A DNA stretch of 61,713 nt, counting the filler. It is 4 parts of 4 records of this genome, joined end to end, with 100 filler letters (N's around TTAATTAATTAA, not from the genome) between each part and the next. Parts side by side here need not be neighbours in the genome. Positions count along the whole stretch, not along the records: positions 39,934 to 55,178 come from SRR20825010_793; positions 55,279 to 61,713 come from SRR20825010_802; 2 more parts are not named here. One strand, 5' to 3'. The stretch's first letter is position 1; each line of letters begins with the position of its first letter. A program made the translations under genes and the position numbers. The notes below the pieces were generated by a model, which had not been told where the DNA came from, searched no databases, and was given only the letters and a program-made list of their open reading frames with translations. Positions 48,278 through 58,592 of the stretch are shown here, piece by piece.

Positions 48278-49606
48278 ATGAACAAAAGAGACTTTTTAAA
48301 AAACGCAGCCATACTTACCTCAGCTTCCATGCTACCCTCATCCCTTTGGGCATTGGGAAAGGCTGACAAACTCAGAACCGCTCATATAGGAGTAGGTGGA
48401 ATGGGAATGGAAGATCTTAAAGCCATTTCATCACACGCTGCGGTAGAAGTAACAGCCCTTTGCGATGTTGATGCCAATAACTTGGCCGCTGCACTTAAAA
48501 TGCATCCAAACGCCAAAACATACACGGACTATCGTGTAATGCTGAAGGAAATGGGAGGAAGTATTGATGCCGTTGTGGTTTCAACACCTGATCATACGCA
48601 TGCACCAGCCTCTATGATGGCCATGGGAATGGATAAGCCTGTGTATTGTCAAAAGCCCTTGACGCACCATGTTACTGAAGCCAGAGCGATGCGCAAAATG
48701 GCAGAAGATAAAAACTTAGTCACTCAAATGGGGATTCAGGTGCATTCATTTTATGATTATAAATTAGGAACAGCCTTAATACAGTCTGGTATTATTGGTA
48801 AAGTAAAAGCTGTGCATGCTTGGTCTCCAAAGAACTGGGGTTTTGATGGTCCAGCGCCAGAAGGAAATGATCCTGTTCCGAATACTTTAGACTGGAACCT
48901 TTGGTTAGGGACAGCACCTGAAAGACCTTATAAGCAAGGGGTTTATCACCCAGGGAACTGGAGAAAGATTATGGATTATGGCTGCGGTACTTTAGGGGAT
49001 ATGGGTGTGCATATTTTTGATACGCCTTACAACGCGCTTGCTTTAGATATTCCAAAAACTATTCGCACTAAATGTAGAAAACCAACGGGTTTTGGCTTTC
49101 CTGAAAATAACATTGTAACCTATGAATTTCCAGGGACAGAATATACTACCAAGAAATTCAAATGGGTTTGGTACGATGGGCCGGGTGCTCCTAAAGACCA
49201 TAAAGATTTGAAGTTGCCGAATGGTGATCAACTTCCTGACCAAGGCGCAATGTTCATTGGTGAGAAGGGGAGACTCTTATTACCGCACTTCATGCAGCTG
49301 CCTAAGCACATTGTTAAAGGCGAATATGTAGATATTGACTTGGAGCCTTTTTCAAGCGTAGGTAGCCCAACAGAAGACTATGGCGCAGAAAGTAAAAAGC
49401 ACTACCATCAGTTTGTGGATGCTTGTATGGGTAAAGACCAAGTGACTGCACCATTTTCATACGCATCCCGACTGACGGAAACCATACTTTTAGGGGTGAT
49501 TGCAGGCCGATTTCCGAATAAAAAACTACACTGGAACAATCAAACCGCCCGTTTCAAAGAAGAGGCAGCCAATGCCTTTTTAGATGGAGAGTATCGTACA
49601 TTTTAA
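48278..49606 (+). CDS. Gfo/Idh/MocA NAD-dependent oxidoreductase with Tat-like signal
   Basis: NKRDFLK, IGVGGMG, STPDHTH, YCQKPL, QMG.Q, GDMGVH. Confidence 0.92.
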   Translation: MNKRDFLKNAAILTSASMLPSSLWALGKADKLRTAHIGVGGMGMEDLKAISSHAAVEVTALCDVDANNLAAALKMHPNAKTYTDYRVMLKEMGGSIDAVVVSTPDHTHAPASMMAMGMDKPVYCQKPLTHHVTEARAMRKMAEDKNLVTQMGIQVHSFYDYKLGTALIQSGIIGKVKAVHAWSPKNWGFDGPAPEGNDPVPNTLDWNLWLGTAPERPYKQGVYHPGNWRKIMDYGCGTLGDMGVHIFDTPYNALALDIPKTIRTKCRKPTGFGFPENNIVTYEFPGTEYTTKKFKWVWYDGPGAPKDHKDLKLPNGDQLPDQGAMFIGEKGRLLLPHFMQLPKHIVKGEYVDIDLEPFSSVGSPTEDYGAESKKHYHQFVDACMGKDQVTAPFSYASRLTETILLGVIAGRFPNKKLHWNNQTARFKEEAANAFLDGEYRTF

Positions 49607-49646
49607 TTGATTTTGGTTCATTTAATAAAAACGTATTTTATCACCT

Positions 49647-49680
49647 AAAGTCCCTCCTGTTGATCAGGATGGGACTTTTT
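49647..49680 (+). terminator. Intrinsic terminator
   Basis: AAAGTCCC..TCCTG/CAGGA..GGGACTTT followed by T-run. Confidence 0.8.
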
Positions 49681-49730
49681 GTTTACCAATACCGTGCTGA
49701 GTATAGGCTCATCAATTCATTTTTATTAAA

Positions 49731-49779
49731 ACTGCAATTGCGAATAAAATAGTTTTATATATATTTACTGCAATTACGA
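49731..49779. promoter_or_regulatory. Two copies of ACTGCAATT(G/A)CGA; putative PadR operators
   Basis: 49731-49743 and 49767-49779, directly upstream of padR. Confidence 0.6.
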
Positions 49780-49789
49780 TTAATATAAG

Positions 49790-50128
49790 ATGAAGAAAAC
49801 AAAACTAGGTGAGTTCGAAGAGTTAGTGCTGTTAACAGTGCTGGTTTTAAAAGAAGAGGCTTATGGAGTCGAAATTAAGCGTGATTTAGAAGTTCGTTTA
49901 AAAGAATCATTAAGCGTAGGTTCGGTTCAATCAGCTTTAAAGAGACTAGAAGAGAAAGGCTATTTAGATTCAGAGTTTGGGGAAACAACGCTGAAAAGAG
50001 GAGGTAAGCGAAAACGTATTTATACAGTAACCGCATCTGGCACAAGAGTGCTTAACGAAATGAAAGATATCCGCGCTCAATTGTGGGGTGCAATTCCAAA
50101 AACCTCATTGAGCTTTCCAAATTCATGA
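49790..50128 (+). CDS. PadR family transcriptional regulator
   Basis: LGEFEELVLL, AYG, L.RLEEKG, RGGKRKR.Y. Confidence 0.92.
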   Translation: MKKTKLGEFEELVLLTVLVLKEEAYGVEIKRDLEVRLKESLSVGSVQSALKRLEEKGYLDSEFGETTLKRGGKRKRIYTVTASGTRVLNEMKDIRAQLWGAIPKTSLSFPNS

Positions 50129-52734
50129 ATTCCAAAGGACATATTCATCCACCCAAATGGCCCCTTAAGCTTCTTCGTGGTTTGGTCAAGCCACATTATT
50201 TAGAAGAGATAGAGGGAGACATGGAAGAGGTATTTGCAGATTACCTAGAAATGCATTCTCCTGCCCGTGCCAAAAGGCGATATATCATAGAAACACTCAA
50301 ACTATTAAGGCCCAGTCTACTCCGTGGAATGTCTGGTTCCTATCAATTAAATTATTTCGGCATGTTTAAACTTATCGTCAAAAGCGCAACAAGAAATTAT
50401 TTCAAACACCGAATGGTAGCCACTATGAGCCTTCTTACGCTCATTTTTGGAGCCGTTTGTTTTCAGCTGATTAATGCTTGGCTTCAAAATGAACAAAGCA
50501 TGGATCAGTTTCATAGTGAGTCAGATCGAATTCACATTGCTGTGGCAAAACTGAATCCCAAGGCTGAATTGTCACCGCTACATGTTCAACGAATTTTCAA
50601 CCTAGATTACAGCAAGTTTCCTCAAATAGAGAAAAGCCTGATTGTACATACTTATGGAGAAGATGAAATCAAGCTGATTAAGGATGAAGTCGAGTTTGGA
50701 GGGAAAGCATTGATTGCGGACAGCACATTTTTCGACTTCTTTGATTTCCAATTGATTCGAGGTGATCAATTCGTTTTGAACGATCCAAGTAGTATTGTTC
50801 TCACAAAGGAATTCGCAGAACGTGTTTTTGGTAGCGAAGACCCAATGGGTAAATTGGTGTCAATCCGCTGCGATCAAACTGGCACCTATAAGGTAGCTGG
50901 AATAACCGCCAATATCCCTTCAAACAGTTCAATATCCTTTGATTTTCTGGTTCCAAGACAATCAAAGAGCTTTTGGCGCAGAATGCCACAGGATTTACTC
51001 TTGGTGAATGATAATTTCAATCGTGAGGTTTTCAATCAGCAAATTGAATCAGTAGGAAGGGAAAATGCCCGCTTTCCTGATAGCCAAATTTCTACCATAC
51101 CATTGAATACGGTCTACAATGATCGTCCCTTTAATATTTCACTGTTCTCGAAATATGGCGACAGCACGAGCTTAAAGACCATGCAATTTGTGGCTGCCAT
51201 CATTTTCCTTATAACGCTCATCAGTTTTGTGAATTTGCAATCCACTTTGCAACTGACTTTAGTAAAGAAGTTAGGAGTGAAGCAGGTGATGGGTGCCAGT
51301 AAATTCGACCTTGGTTTTGAGGTGGTGGTGAGTAGATTACTCTATTTCTTAGTAGCCTCAGGAATGGCTTATCTGCTTTATCAATTTACCTTCCCCTGGT
51401 ATGTAAATACAATGGGACTTTCACTGGATCTTTACCTAATACGTGACCTTTTCAATTTATTGACAGTCATAGGTATTATAGTAATGATCTCTATTGTTAC
51501 TTCACTTATTCAAACTGCCAAAATTAAAACGATGCAGGCCATTTCGGGGGAAGCGAATATGCTGAAAATACCTCGTTCACAACGTGTGATGACGACCATT
51601 CAATACAGCGTAACCGTATTGCTTTTAGTCGCAACTTCAGTGGTGTTTCTTCAACTCCGTTTTATGTTGAATAAGGACACAGGCTTGAATCAAACCAACA
51701 TTATTAAAACTGACTTTTTTGAAATGTCGCCTAATGGAGCTCAAGACAGTTTAGCGCGTCTGAACATGGAACGTCAGTTTCAATATGTAATGTCGCGTAT
51801 CAAGGAGCAACCTAATGTTATGGCTGTTTCGCAAGGAAGTATGCCTATTGATATCGCCTATCAAAACGATTGGAAAGTTGTGAGTTCGCAGGATGGTTAT
51901 AATTCAGTGAATACCATGTCTGTTGATCCACATTACGGTGAATTGTTTGGTTTACAGCTAGTCAAAGGCCGCTTTTTTGCTGATTCATTGGATACCAATA
52001 ATTCTCCAAAACTGGTAATTAACGAGGCTGCCATGAAATATTGGGGCATCGATGATATTGGTCAAGTGAAACTCACCACTAATTCTCGTACCACTGAAAC
52101 AGTGAACTATAATATCATTGGTGTGGTAAAAGACTACCATTACGAACATTTATCGCAAAAAATACGGCCGCTAGTGCTTTCATACTATACCTATATGGAT
52201 AGTGATATATTGATTCGCGTGAGGCAAGGAAAACAAGCTGAGACACTTGGTTTCTTAGAAGAATTGTATCAAGAAGTCAATCCAAGAGGTTTTTTCACCT
52301 ATACCACTATGGAAGAGCAGATTGCCCAACAGTACTCAAAAGAGCAGCAGACAGGCAAAATATACTTGGCATTAAGCCTTGTTGCCTTACTGTTGTCTTC
52401 GGTGGGCTTATTCACCTTTGCTTTCCACGAAACCAAACGTAGAACCAAAGAAATAGGCATTAGAAAAGTGAATGGTGCCAATGCTGGCAATGTGTTCTGG
52501 CTTTTGAGTCGTTCATTTCTTAACTCTATAATCATAGCTTTCATTTTAGCCTGCCCTGTGGCTTGGTTCTTAATGAAGCAATGGCTTGATAATTTTGCCT
52601 ACCGTGTTGTCATTAGTTGGTGGATTTTCGGCTTAGTAGGGTTTTTGGTTACCATGGTTGCTTTAATTGCTGTAAGCTGGCAAACCTTCAGAGTAGCTTA
52701 TCTTAACCCAATAGATTCACTGAGGTACGAGTGA
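50125..52734 (+). CDS. Duplicated MacB/FtsX-type ABC permease with N-terminal prefix domain
   Basis: PPKW...LEEIEGD.EE prefix, two MacB_PCD/FtsX halves, RRTKEIGIRKVNGA, NP.DSLRYE; ATGA-coupled to padR. Confidence 0.9.
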   Translation: MNSKGHIHPPKWPLKLLRGLVKPHYLEEIEGDMEEVFADYLEMHSPARAKRRYIIETLKLLRPSLLRGMSGSYQLNYFGMFKLIVKSATRNYFKHRMVATMSLLTLIFGAVCFQLINAWLQNEQSMDQFHSESDRIHIAVAKLNPKAELSPLHVQRIFNLDYSKFPQIEKSLIVHTYGEDEIKLIKDEVEFGGKALIADSTFFDFFDFQLIRGDQFVLNDPSSIVLTKEFAERVFGSEDPMGKLVSIRCDQTGTYKVAGITANIPSNSSISFDFLVPRQSKSFWRRMPQDLLLVNDNFNREVFNQQIESVGRENARFPDSQISTIPLNTVYNDRPFNISLFSKYGDSTSLKTMQFVAAIIFLITLISFVNLQSTLQLTLVKKLGVKQVMGASKFDLGFEVVVSRLLYFLVASGMAYLLYQFTFPWYVNTMGLSLDLYLIRDLFNLLTVIGIIVMISIVTSLIQTAKIKTMQAISGEANMLKIPRSQRVMTTIQYSVTVLLLVATSVVFLQLRFMLNKDTGLNQTNIIKTDFFEMSPNGAQDSLARLNMERQFQYVMSRIKEQPNVMAVSQGSMPIDIAYQNDWKVVSSQDGYNSVNTMSVDPHYGELFGLQLVKGRFFADSLDTNNSPKLVINEAAMKYWGIDDIGQVKLTTNSRTTETVNYNIIGVVKDYHYEHLSQKIRPLVLSYYTYMDSDILIRVRQGKQAETLGFLEELYQEVNPRGFFTYTTMEEQIAQQYSKEQQTGKIYLALSLVALLLSSVGLFTFAFHETKRRTKEIGIRKVNGANAGNVFWLLSRSFLNSIIIAFILACPVAWFLMKQWLDNFAYRVVISWWIFGLVGFLVTMVALIAVSWQTFRVAYLNPIDSLRYE

Positions 52735-52750
52735 GTTAGCAATGTTTAAA

Positions 52751-52798
52751 TAAAAAAGGCTTCCTTCACAATGTCTAGAGACATAGAAGGAAGCCTTT
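52751..52798. terminator. Terminator between convergent genes
   Basis: AAAGGCTTCCTTC / GAAGGAAGCCTTT stem; T-tract on the minus strand. Confidence 0.8.
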
Positions 52799-52816
52799 CG
52801 GTTCATTGGAACTAGA

Positions 52817-55178
52817 TTAGTTCCCCTTTTTCTCTAATGTAATCTTACCTGAAAGCGGTTGTTGTTTTAAATCGGAATTAAGCACTTGATCCAATTTATC
52901 TAAGTGCATTTTCAACTCAGCTGAAAGATCCTCAAATACCACATAAGAGGCATCTGTTGGTCTTGCCTGCCCGCTCTCAACACTTCGTCTTAAAGAAGCC
53001 AAACGGTTGTTGAGCTTAATAGGGAAGTTGAGTGGATCTTGACCACTTTGATTCTTCACTTGGTATAAATCTTCTTCAATTACCTTCATTTTTTCAAGCA
53101 TATCATTGATAGCGCTGTTAAGACCTGCATCACCCGACTTCGATAATGCTTCGGCTTGCTTGCGAATGTTTCTAATTTGAATTACGGCTTCATTAGCAGC
53201 AGAAGTTTTGTCTCTAATTTTTAAGGCCAAATCAAATTGCTTTTGAATATCAGCAGTTGTGATTCCTTCCAAATTCGGATCCATTTCTACAGTAAATGTA
53301 CTAGTTTGAGACACTCCATCCGCAGTGAGTTTTACTTGATAATCACCTAATGGCGCTAGAGGTCCATTTTGAGGTCTTCCGCTCCAGATGATCATACCTT
53401 CAAAAGTGGTAGCACCTGGGTAGCGCATGTTCCAATTAAAGTCGTTCAATCCTTTGCCAGTGGCTACGCGCGATCTTCTTCCTTCAGATTGTGTACCCTT
53501 ATAAGTTTCAATGAGGTTACCTTTGGCGTCCATTATCTCTATGGTCACATTATTAGCTTCTTCTGGTAAGTAATATTGAATAGTAGCATTGTATACACCT
53601 CTAATTGGGTTGGCTGGCTTGAATAGTTTTACTTGATTCATGTTCATTGAAGCAGCGTCTCGCAACGGAGCTACATCATGCATAATCCAGAAACCACGGC
53701 CGTGCGAACCAAGAACGATGTCATTATTCTTCAATACCAAGTCACGAATAGGGGTGTCGGGTAAATTCATTTGCAGTGATTGCCACATGGCGCCATCATT
53801 AAACGATACATATACACCATGTTCCGTAGCCAAATACAATAGCCCTGGCACTTTTAAATCCTCACGAATAGAGCGGGCAAAATGACCTGGCTTAATACCA
53901 GTAATGATCTTTGTCCATGTTTTGCCATAATCCGTGGTTTTGAATACATATGGCTCTCTATCATCCACCTGATAGCGGTTGGCAGCTAAATACAAAGTAC
54001 CAGGGTTGAATTTACTTTCTTCGATAATACTCACCCTTGAGAACTTTGGAAGGTCTTTAGGAGTGATATCGTCCCATTTCTTTCCACCATTTCTTGTAAT
54101 GTGTACCTTGCCATCATCCGAACCAGCCCAAATGGTGTTCACGTCATAGTTAGAAGGGGCCAAAGCAAATACAGTGGCATAAATTTCAGGACCGTTCATG
54201 TCCATCGTAATTACACCACCCGTTACACCCAATGTTTCAGGGTCGGCATAGGTAAGGTCTGGACTGATTTTCTCCCAAGTTTGTCCGTCATTGGTGGTTT
54301 TCCATACGTGTTGCGATGTAGTGTACATTACTGAAGGATCTTTAGGAGAGAACATAATCGGGAATGTCCACTGCCACCTTTCAGGCAAAGCACTAGAAGG
54401 CTCTCCGGAGAAGAATCTCGGATATACCTGAATATCTCTGTATTGGCCAGTTCTACGGTTATAACGCGTTAACAAAGCGCCTTGACTTCCTGCATAGAAT
54501 ACATCTGGGTCAACTGGACTTTGGGTAATCCAACCACTTTCACCACCACCTACAGAGTAAGAAGGTCCTCTGCCTTGGCTAGGCATTGCCAGTGTACTGT
54601 TGTCTTGTTGGGCCCCAGCGACATGATAAGGGACATCACTAGTAGTCATGACATGGTAAAACTGTGCGGTAGGAAAGTCTAAGTCTGTCCAAGTTTGACC
54701 GCCATTTACACTTACGGTTCCGCCACCATCATTCGAACTAATCATTCTCATAGGATCATTTGGGTCAATCCATAAATCATGGTTGTCACCGTGTGGTGGG
54801 CGAATAGTGACATCGAAAGTCCTTCCGCCATCTGTAGATTTGTAGAAACCAACGTTCAAGCCATACACCACATCTTTATCGAATGGATCGGCATAAATTC
54901 TAGAGTAATAAAAAGCGCGTTGACGTAGTTTACGCTCTGAATTGACACGTTCCCAAGTCCAGCCACCATCATCGGAACGGAAAATACCGCCTTCATTGGC
55001 TTCAACTGTTGCCCAAACACGATTAGGGTCGGCAGGGGATACGGTTACTCCAATTTTACCAATCGGTCCTTCTGGCATGCCAGGATTTTTAGTTAGGTCA
55101 ATCCAAGTGTCTCCACCATCTAGTGATTTGAAAAGCTTACTGTCTGGGCCACCGCCCCACATTTTCCATGCTTTACGG
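52817..55178 (-). CDS. VPS10/BNR-repeat glycosyl-hydrolase-like protein, 5' end missing
   Basis: Multiple SxDGGxTW Asp-boxes, HGDNH, QFY, QQDN; ORF runs into the linker. Confidence 0.88.
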
Positions 55179-55278
55179 NNNNNNNNNNNNNNNNNNNNNN
55201 NNNNNNNNNNNNNNNNNNNNNNTTAATTAATTAANNNNNNNNNNNNNNNNNNNNNNNNNNNNNNNNNNNNNNNNNNNN
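55179..55278. other. Artificial contig linker
   Basis: 44 N + TTAATTAATTAA + 44 N. Confidence 0.98.
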
Positions 55279-55699
55279 AAATCCTTCGGGAGATGTCCTT
55301 GCCCGAGCGATGAGTTCTTGGGTATTGATGAATTTGCAGAGTAAAAGAATCCTAAGGCCTGAATATGCTTTACCACCTGAGCTTTTTGATCCTGAGGAAA
55401 AGCCAGCCTGGCAGCCAGAGAAAATTAGGCTTAAAGGAGATTTACTGAAAAGTGAGAAACTGAAAGTGAGGTATTCCGATCTTGATCTGAACAATCATGT
55501 TAACAATACCAGCTATGTTCGATGGGTGGAAAATATCCTTCGTGAAAACGGCTGTCATACCCTGCCATTTTTGATTAATTACCTTGCGGAATGTGTGATG
55601 GGAGATGAATTGAATATTCATCTATACAGAAATGAAGGACATTTTATAGTCCAGGGAGTAGTAGAAGATAAGCAGGTTTTTCTGGCAGAAGCCAAATGA
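55279..55699 (+). CDS. Acyl-ACP thioesterase, 3' fragment
   Basis: VRYSDLDLNNHVNNTSY..W, INY..E; 5' end lost at the linker. Confidence 0.88.
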
Positions 55700-55737
55700 A
55701 ACCTTAGTCTTCAATTATAGTTTTTTAAACCTTCAAA

Positions 55738-55781
55738 GTGATCTTCGTCACATGCTACAAGGAAGATTTAGATCATTTTTG
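55738..55781 (+). promoter_or_regulatory. Promoter: Crp-like box GTGATCTTCGTCAC 22 nt upstream of -7-like CATTTTTG
   Basis: aGTGA-N6-TCACA; same spacing as the two contig-A sites. Confidence 0.65.
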
Positions 55782-55799
55782 TAGCTTGATCAGGTAATT

Positions 55800-56846
55800 A
55801 TGAATCAGACTACTAACTCTTTATTTCGACTCTTCCCACTAATCATGGGACTTCTAGTCTCGGCGATACTACTTGTAGGTGTAATTGCAGGGCTTTTGTA
55901 TTTTGATTATGCGGGTATTGAGCCGCCAAAAATGCAATTAGCTGGTGTACCAGCAACTCTAGATTCACCTAAATCAAAAGCTTTGATGGATCCAGTAGGC
56001 ATGTGGCAAGCTCCAGATTGGACTTCAGTAGATTCCGAATCCAATGCTGACGAGATAAAATATGGTCGTGAGCTTATCGCCAATACGTCTGAATACCTAG
56101 GCCCTCAGGGCAAGGTGCGGAAAATTTCCAATGGATTAAATTGTCAGAACTGCCATCTACAGGCTGGGACTGTTCCTTTGGGAAATAATTATTCCGCCGC
56201 AAAGAGTACCTACCCTAAGGTGCGAGGTAGATCAGGGAATTCAGAAGATATACAATTGAGAATCAATGGCTGCTTCCAACGAAGTTTAAATGGAGAAGTC
56301 TTGGCTGACGATAGTAAGGAGATGATAGCCATGGTGGCTTATATGAATTGGCTTGGTAAAGAGGTCGCCAAGGGTGAGAAGCCAAAGGGCGCTGGAATTT
56401 ACGAAGTGCCATTGTTGGATAGAGCTGCGGATCCTATCAGAGGGAAAACCATATACGAAAGGCAATGCGTGACTTGTCATATGATTGACGGACAAGGAGT
56501 GATGAAAACCGATGGAACAGGTTATACTTATCCGCCTCTTTGGGGGGAGCATAGCTATAATCAAGGCGCTGGATTATTTCGTATGTCTAGATTTGCTGGG
56601 TATGTAAAAGCAAATATGCCTTTTGGCGCTACGTATAAAAACCCAATTCTTTCGGATGAAGAAGCTTGGGATGTAGCGGCATATGTGAATAGTTTGGATA
56701 GACCGAAGAGAGATTTTCCGAATGACTGGCCTGATATTTCTAAAAAGCCTATAGACCATCCTTTTGGCCCTTATTCAGATGAATTCTCTGAACAGCAACA
56801 TAAATTTGGTCCATTTCAAGCGATCAAAGAAGCAGCAAGCAAATGA
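55800..56846 (+). CDS. tsdA: TsdA-like dihaem cytochrome c (thiosulfate dehydrogenase/tetrathionate reductase)
   Basis: CQNCH and CVTCH; RINGCFQRSLNG catalytic Cys; YPPLWG..SYN.GAG..R; NMPFG. Confidence 0.8.
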   Translation: MNQTTNSLFRLFPLIMGLLVSAILLVGVIAGLLYFDYAGIEPPKMQLAGVPATLDSPKSKALMDPVGMWQAPDWTSVDSESNADEIKYGRELIANTSEYLGPQGKVRKISNGLNCQNCHLQAGTVPLGNNYSAAKSTYPKVRGRSGNSEDIQLRINGCFQRSLNGEVLADDSKEMIAMVAYMNWLGKEVAKGEKPKGAGIYEVPLLDRAADPIRGKTIYERQCVTCHMIDGQGVMKTDGTGYTYPPLWGEHSYNQGAGLFRMSRFAGYVKANMPFGATYKNPILSDEEAWDVAAYVNSLDRPKRDFPNDWPDISKKPIDHPFGPYSDEFSEQQHKFGPFQAIKEAASK

Positions 56847-58189
56847 TGAAATATGTATTCGGGCTATTCATTTTTACCCCATTTCTAACTTTTGCGCAGC
56901 AACCTGAGAAAAAACTTGAAGTATCTCCAGACGTTCATTTTAGAATGTTTTGGATGAGTACGAGCTATTCGAATGATTTCAAAGATGACTATGCGTTGGG
57001 AACTAGCTTAAACCTTGGAGCCAACATCGCCTATGCTGGAAATTTACAATTCCGAATAGGTTACCGTATTTTCGGGAATATATGGAGCTCTGATTTGACA
57101 GCTCTTGATTCCGTTAGCCAAAATGGAAATCGTTACGAAGTTGGATTATTTGACTTGTTGAATCAAGAGGATCGCTTTTTTGGGAAGTTGGAAAATTTAT
57201 CCCTAACCTATTCCAAAACTAATTGGGGACTGTCTGCTGGTAGAATGGGCATTCATACCGATTGGATCAATGCGCAGGATGGTAGGCTTTCTCCTACAGG
57301 AATAGAAGGTGCAAATGTTTGGTTTTCGACACACGATAAGTGGAAGTTCTCTGCATGGGGAATTAGGAAGATGAGTGTGCGTGGTACAAGTGAATGGCTT
57401 TCTGTAGGAGAAAGTATTGGTGTATTTCCTGTTGGTCGCGATCTAAATGGCCACGGATCTCAATATGCTGGAAATACCAATAGTGACTGGATAGGGATAG
57501 CTGAAGTAGAAAAGGATTGGGAAGGGCTGAGTTTACATGTGTCAAATACATTAGTTCAGAATATCTCCAATACGCTTTGGGCAAAAGCAGAGAAAAAGTG
57601 GAAAAATGAGCAATCAGGAATTACCTGGCTTTGGGGAGTTCAGGCAGGGTTTCAGTCTGGATTGGGAGATGGAGGGAATGAAGACCCGATATTTCAATTC
57701 AAAAATCCAGAAGACAGGAACTGGGCTATTTCAACAAGGTTTGGTTACCAAAGGACTGCATGGAACCTTAACCTAAATTACACCAAGACAGGTGGAAAAG
57801 GCATTTGGTTAAGTCCTAGAGAGTGGGGGAAGGACGCTTGGTATACCTTTATCCCTAGAGAAAGAAATGAAGGCTTTAGCTCATTGGACGCAGTGACGGC
57901 TTTGGTAGAATACACCTTCCCGAACACCAATCTTAAGGCTTTTGCACATGTAGGCATCCATTGGCTCCCTCCCTTGAATGCTCCTTCGGAGAATAAATAC
58001 AACATGCCGGCTTACCGACAAATAAATTTGGGGATGAAGTATTCGCCCAAGGCAATTTCAAAACTTGATTTTCAATTGTTGGTCATGAACAAAGAAGCAA
58101 TACGGAATCAGCCTTTAAAACTGGGACAAGAATATAATAAGGTTGGTTTAATTCATGTAAATGGAATAGTGAATTGGAGATTGAATTAA
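56843..58189 (+). CDS. Outer-membrane porin (OprD-like beta-barrel)
   Basis: Signal peptide, amphipathic beta strands, GR..I.T.WIN.QDGR..P, aromatic C-terminus; coupled to tsdA. Confidence 0.7.
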   Translation: MMKYVFGLFIFTPFLTFAQQPEKKLEVSPDVHFRMFWMSTSYSNDFKDDYALGTSLNLGANIAYAGNLQFRIGYRIFGNIWSSDLTALDSVSQNGNRYEVGLFDLLNQEDRFFGKLENLSLTYSKTNWGLSAGRMGIHTDWINAQDGRLSPTGIEGANVWFSTHDKWKFSAWGIRKMSVRGTSEWLSVGESIGVFPVGRDLNGHGSQYAGNTNSDWIGIAEVEKDWEGLSLHVSNTLVQNISNTLWAKAEKKWKNEQSGITWLWGVQAGFQSGLGDGGNEDPIFQFKNPEDRNWAISTRFGYQRTAWNLNLNYTKTGGKGIWLSPREWGKDAWYTFIPRERNEGFSSLDAVTALVEYTFPNTNLKAFAHVGIHWLPPLNAPSENKYNMPAYRQINLGMKYSPKAISKLDFQLLVMNKEAIRNQPLKLGQEYNKVGLIHVNGIVNWRLN

Positions 58190-58592
58190 ATAATTTCAGG
58201 GCTCAAATTTTATTTATACTGAAAAGTGATGTGTCAAGTGCTTCTTTATGAGCTATTCAGGGATTATGGCGGTGTTGATTTTCTTTTTTCTATGATTTAA
58301 TCCGTCAAAAATAGATTGCTTTTATAATGGATTAGGATATTCGAAATCTTCTCATCACCTTTGTATCCATAAAGGCGCTGTCCGCGGATATCCTTTTTAC
58401 TTGAAATAAAGTATGCGTTGATTATCAACCTGCTTAAGTAGCAAATTCAAGAGTTTCCCCTCGCAAAGGTTTTAATTCTTCATCTTTCTACTTTTTTAAT
58501 TCACAAGATTCGGTCAAGTCCATTCTTGGAATTAAAACCTGCAGAGAAAATCCCACGGGAAACATTAGTATTTATAGTTTAATTTCAGTGCC

